A stretch of 64,000 bases of DNA. Origin: Candidatus Latescibacterota bacterium. Lineage in GTDB: Bacteria > Latescibacterota > UBA2968 > GCA-2709665. This document shows positions 60,455 through 64,000 of this stretch, one piece after another. The position numbers and the translations under genes were made by a program. The stretch lies in the NCBI GenBank assembly GCA_965219995.1, contig CBDCOX010000002.1:4448001-4512000 (forward strand), in the 5' to 3' direction. The notes beneath the pieces were generated by a model. The model worked only from the letters and a program-made list of their open reading frames with translations. It was not told where the DNA came from and searched no databases. Within the stretch, counting starts at the first letter, position 1. Each line of letters begins with the position of its first letter.

Positions 60455-60563
60455 GTCTGCACTCCTCCTTGATTCAGGGTGATCGTCTGAAGATATTCGG
60501 GCGTCAATGTAACCGGCCAATGTTACGTTCGTGTGTCGATTGCCGGACGTCCGGAGAAAGCCA

Positions 60564-61538
60564 TTAGAATTTGTAGAACACCGTCATACGCGGGATGACC
60601 TCGGTATCCGCGTCCGAGGACGCGTAAATCGTAGCCATTACATTGGGCATGATGTGAATATTCCCGGCCGGCGCGATGTCGACGCCTCCGATGACCATGG
60701 TTTCCCCGTCCTGCTCCGTGCTCTTGTCGGGATCGTAATAGTCGAGGCGGGCGAATAGTTGGACCCGGGGCCTGACGTTTGCGGCGCCGAATACCGATGC
60801 ACCTCGTATCTGCACGTCGCCGCCGCCGCTCCCGTTCCGGTTCATTCTGAAAAACCCTTCAATTCCCCCACGGAAAGCCTCTCCTGACATACCCAGCATA
60901 CCGGCAAACGTGACGCGGTCTCTCCCTTCGGGTTTGCCTTCCCAGTCCAGGTAGACCGTGGCTTCGATGACGTCCGTCGGTTTCACGTGAAGTAACGTGT
61001 ACAGCTTCTTGCCGTTGTCGACTTCCGGCCGCTGTCCGCTCCCGTTGCCGAACATCAGTTGAGCGTTCACCCTTCCCGAACCATCCAGCCTTCCCTTGAA
61101 TCCCACCCCGATGTCTGCGGACGAGCCGATCTTGCGCATATCCATGATCGTTTTTGCGATCGACCGGTAGCCCCAGATTCGTTCGGACACGTTCCAGGTG
61201 GGCGTGCCGAACAGCCCCATATTGACGGCCCGACCGTTCGCCCGGTACCGCAGATAACCGTGCTTGACGAACGGCCGCATCTTGTCCTCTCGGCCAAATC
61301 CCGCATCATTGGCTTCGTAACGTACCCGGCCGGACCAGCGGTCGTTCCATTTCATATCGTACGTCAGGTATATGCGCCGGAACCTGAAGCCGTTTTCGTT
61401 CTTGTCCGTTCCGCTCGCAACGTAGTAATAGTCGCCGAAAGCCACCCCCTTGATCTTGCCTTCGACGCCTTCGGCAGTTCCGAACAGGCCGAGGCTCAAC
61501 ACGGCGACGATTCCCAGGATGGTCCCGTTTAGTCGCAT
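60564..61538 (-). CDS. Outer-membrane porin (probable phosphate-selective)
   Basis: Signal peptide, FRFRRIYL, beta-strand pattern, terminal F; first gene of the pst operon. Confidence 0.7.
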   Translation of the reverse strand: MRLNGTILGIVAVLSLGLFGTAEGVEGKIKGVAFGDYYYVASGTDKNENGFRFRRIYLTYDMKWNDRWSGRVRYEANDAGFGREDKMRPFVKHGYLRYRANGRAVNMGLFGTPTWNVSERIWGYRSIAKTIMDMRKIGSSADIGVGFKGRLDGSGRVNAQLMFGNGSGQRPEVDNGKKLYTLLHVKPTDVIEATVYLDWEGKPEGRDRVTFAGMLGMSGEAFRGGIEGFFRMNRNGSGGGDVQIRGASVFGAANVRPRVQLFARLDYYDPDKSTEQDGETMVIGGVDIAPAGNIHIMPNVMATIYASSDADTEVIPRMTVFYKF

Positions 61539-61721
61539 TTCTCCTCCCTGCTGTCTTCGGTTTATCGATCGACCCGCGCCGATTCCCGGCGGTTGCGGCG
61601 GTTCACCCCGTGATGGTCCGGGGGCGGCGGCTCGCCCGGAAGGCTGAACGCCCGAATTTTGACCTCGAACGCAGACCCGTTGCCCCCCGTCTTCCGCATC
61701 CTGAACCAAGGTGTACAATAT

Positions 61722-61771
61722 GTTACGCTTTCATTACGATCGGGTGGCAGTTGTGTGACGAACAGGTTACG
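61722..61771 (-). promoter_or_regulatory. Pho-box-like 11-bp direct-repeat array facing the porin-pst operon
   Basis: Plus-strand hexamers GTTACG/ATTACG/GTGGCA/GTGACG/GTTACG at 61722, 61733, 61744, 61755, 61766 (exact 11-bp period). Confidence 0.75.
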
Positions 61772-61871
61772 ATCTCCGGGTCGGACCCCGCCAGAACGCG
61801 GCGGGAAGCCGGCGGAGGCACAAGCGGCAGTCCCGTCCCGGAATCAACCCCCGTCGGATACCCTGCGAAAA

Positions 61872-61910
61872 CGTCATTGAATCGTAACGATTCCGTAACC
61901 CGGTCTAAAC
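61872..61910 (+). promoter_or_regulatory. Pho-box-like 11-bp direct-repeat array facing the TonB receptor
   Basis: CGTCAT/CGTAAC/CGTAAC/CTAAAC at 61872, 61883, 61894, 61905; -10-like TACTTT at 61922. Confidence 0.72.
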
Positions 61911-62015
61911 AACCGGTTCGTTACTTTGACGCCGATCAGAGGGAGCGGGGCCGCCGACACGTTGAATCCGGAACGCGACGGCCTGAAGAAACATCAGCCG
62001 AGGAGCGAGAATCCC

Positions 62016-64000
62016 ATGTTACGAATCGCGATCATGCTGTTGTCTGCCGTAATGGTGCTTTCACTCTCCGCCGAGGAGATGGGAGTTGTTCAGGGGCTGA
62101 TTGTCGACGGCGAAACAGGCGAGCCGCTGATTGGGGCCAACCTGATCGTCTACGACACCGGGGGCCGGCCGGCCTTCGGCACGACGACCGACCTGGACGG
62201 GAGGTTCAGCCTCAGACTGCCGTCCGGCAGGCACAGCATCGAGATTTCCTATGTGTCCTACGCGACGAAAACGGTTACCGGCGTCGAGGTAGAAACCAAC
62301 GGGACTTTCCAACTCAGCGAAGCACTTTCGCCGGAAGCAATCGAAGTCGAAGCGATTACGGTCACGGCCAGACCCGAGCGCTCCAGCGAAGTCTCGATGC
62401 TGGTTATCCAGCAGAAGGCTGGCGTGGTTACGGACGGCATCAGTTCGGAACTGATGAGCAAGGCTTCATCTTCGGACGCCGGGGATGCGCTCAAAAGGGT
62501 GACCGGAATTACCGTGGTGGGCGGGCGCTACGTTTACGTTCGCGGCCTGGGAGAGCGCTACAGCAATACACAGGTCAACGGCGCGCAGATGCCCAGCCCC
62601 GAGCCGAACCGCCGCGTGGTTCCGATGGATATTTTCCCGGCGGGACTCCTGGAGAATATCCAGGTGGCCAAGACCTTCTCTCCCGACCAGCCGGGCGATT
62701 TCTCGGGCGGATCGGTCCAGATCAGAACGAAGGATTTTCCGGACCAACTGACGCTCTCACTCTCGGCCTCCACCAGCTTTCATTCACAGACCAGCTTTGA
62801 AGATATCCAGAGCTACACGGGCGGTTCGTGGGACTTCCTGGGCGTTGACGACGGTGGGCGGGACCTGCCCGAACTGGTAAAAACACAGGCGGCGGAACAG
62901 GCCGTTCGCAAGCGCGGGCGCTTTTCCACGTCGGGTTTTACCGCTGAGGAAATTCAGACCCTCGGCCGGTCGTTCAACAATGTCTGGTCGCCGGAAACCC
63001 GGACGGCCCCTTTGAACCAGAGCTACAGCTTCAGCGTCGGTAACGCCCTTTCTTCCGAAAACAGGGAACTGGGCTTCGTGCTGTCCCTGACGTACGACAA
63101 CAGCTACAGGAACGGGAGTCAGGAATGGAACAGCTACCGGCTTACGGCCAAAGACGGCCGGGAATTCCTCTCCCCATTCACCAGTTACACGGTCAGCGGC
63201 ACCACCAATAACGTGCTGTTGGGGGCTCTCTTCAACAGCAGCTTCCGTTTCTCGCCGCTTCACAAGATCAGCCTGAAGACAATCTACAACCGCAACACCG
63301 ACGACGAAGCCCGCGGCTATACCGGGTTCAACTCCGACCGCGGCACCGACCTTCGCAACCTCAGGCTTCGCTTCGTGGAGCGCGGCGTATTTACGGGGCA
63401 GCTTGGCGGAGAACACCACATCGATCCCCTGTTCAAATCGAACCTGAACTGGCAGATCGGCTATGCCGAAGCCACGCGAGACGAACCGGACAACCGCGAA
63501 GTCGTTTACGAAATGCGGAATCAGCGATGGACTTTTTTCGACATCACCCAGAGCGGAAGCCGGTTCTATTTCGATCTTGCCGACAGGGAGTGGAGCGGAA
63601 AGCTTGACTGGACGGCGCCTATCCAGTCTCCCGCCGGCCTGCCCGCCAAATTCAAGCTCGGGGGTGTATGGCGAAAGAAAGACCGCACCTTCGACGCCCG
63701 GCGCTTCCGCTTCGAACAGTCCAGCGGCATTCAACGTCACGTGGACCTGACGGCCGACCCGGAAATCATCTTCGCCGAGGAAAATATCGCGCCCGGGCGC
63801 TTCGAACTCAGGGAAACCACCCGCGCCAACGACAACTACTCGGCCAGACAGGATCTCTCGGCGGGTTATATGATGGTGGACATGCCCGTCGCGGCTTCGT
63901 GGCGCCTGGTGACCGGGGTCAGGGTCGAATCGTCCAGACAGGAACTGAGATCATTCGACCCCTTCGCGCTCAATACCGAGCCCATCGTCGTCGTACTGGA
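62016..64000 (+). CDS. TonB-dependent receptor, 3' end outside the window
   Basis: Not in the ORF track. Manual translation: MLRIAIMLLSAV...VDGETGEPLIGANL...TDLDGRF...DAGDALKRVTG...VYVRGLGERYS...KTFSPDQPGDFSGG. Confidence 0.9.
   Translation, partial: MLRIAIMLLSAVMVLSLSAEEMGVVQGLIVDGETGEPLIGANLIVYDTGGRPAFGTTTDLDGRFSLRLPSGRHSIEISYVSYATKTVTGVEVETNGTFQLSEALSPEAIEVEAITVTARPERSSEVSMLVIQQKAGVVTDGISSELMSKASSSDAGDALKRVTGITVVGGRYVYVRGLGERYSNTQVNGAQMPSPEPNRRVVPMDIFPAGLLENIQVAKTFSPDQPGDFSGGSVQIRTKDFPDQLTLSLSASTSFHSQTSFEDIQSYTGGSWDFLGVDDGGRDLPELVKTQAAEQAVRKRGRFSTSGFTAEEIQTLGRSFNNVWSPETRTAPLNQSYSFSVGNALSSENRELGFVLSLTYDNSYRNGSQEWNSYRLTAKDGREFLSPFTSYTVSGTTNNVLLGALFNSSFRFSPLHKISLKTIYNRNTDDEARGYTGFNSDRGTDLRNLRLRFVERGVFTGQLGGEHHIDPLFKSNLNWQIGYAEATRDEPDNREVVYEMRNQRWTFFDITQSGSRFYFDLADREWSGKLDWTAPIQSPAGLPAKFKLGGVWRKKDRTFDARRFRFEQSSGIQRHVDLTADPEIIFAEENIAPGRFELRETTRANDNYSARQDLSAGYMMVDMPVAASWRLVTGVRVESSRQELRSFDPFALNTEPIVVVL

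Noticed and set aside
61610-63750. ORF-track calls 61610-62800, 62784-63740 and 63463-63750
   Set aside because: Off-frame or antisense to the TonB receptor that starts at 62016 and runs off the window.

Overview
GC-rich bacterial chromosomal window (PhyH-, TonB- and Sel1-rich, resembling Latescibacterota/Gemmatimonadota-type environmental or host-associated bacteria; taxonomy is inference only). Layout: (i) 1-20 kb catabolic genes: uronate isomerase, D-2-hydroxyacid dehydrogenase, TonB receptor, an operon of two enolase-superfamily enzymes + MDR dehydrogenase + GGT + PhyH, a zinc metalloprotease, a decayed RelE/HTH toxin-antitoxin pair and an S9 peptidase. (ii) About 20.1-39.4 kb, a visibly more AT-rich anti-phage defence island: IS1595 remnant, DUF5131 radical-SAM-like gene next to an uncharacterised PD-(D/E)xK nuclease, Sel1 gene, a CBASS operon (CapV patatin, CD-NTase, E2+SEC-C) with divergent CapH/CapP-type regulators, a large restriction-modification gene split by an intact IS630, a 1181-aa SIR2 protein, MNT-HEPN TA and an orphan ABC-type ATPase. 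(iii) 39.5-64 kb: TonB receptor, ferredoxin-HTH fusion, radical SAM, MazE and VapBC modules, two PhyH genes, sigma54-driven pspA, coxDEF-like genes, NUDIX, and a porin-pstSCAB-phoU operon divergent from a TonB receptor, with Pho-box-like arrays facing both ways. No rRNA, tRNA or CRISPR array was recognised. All family assignments come from motif reading, not database searches.
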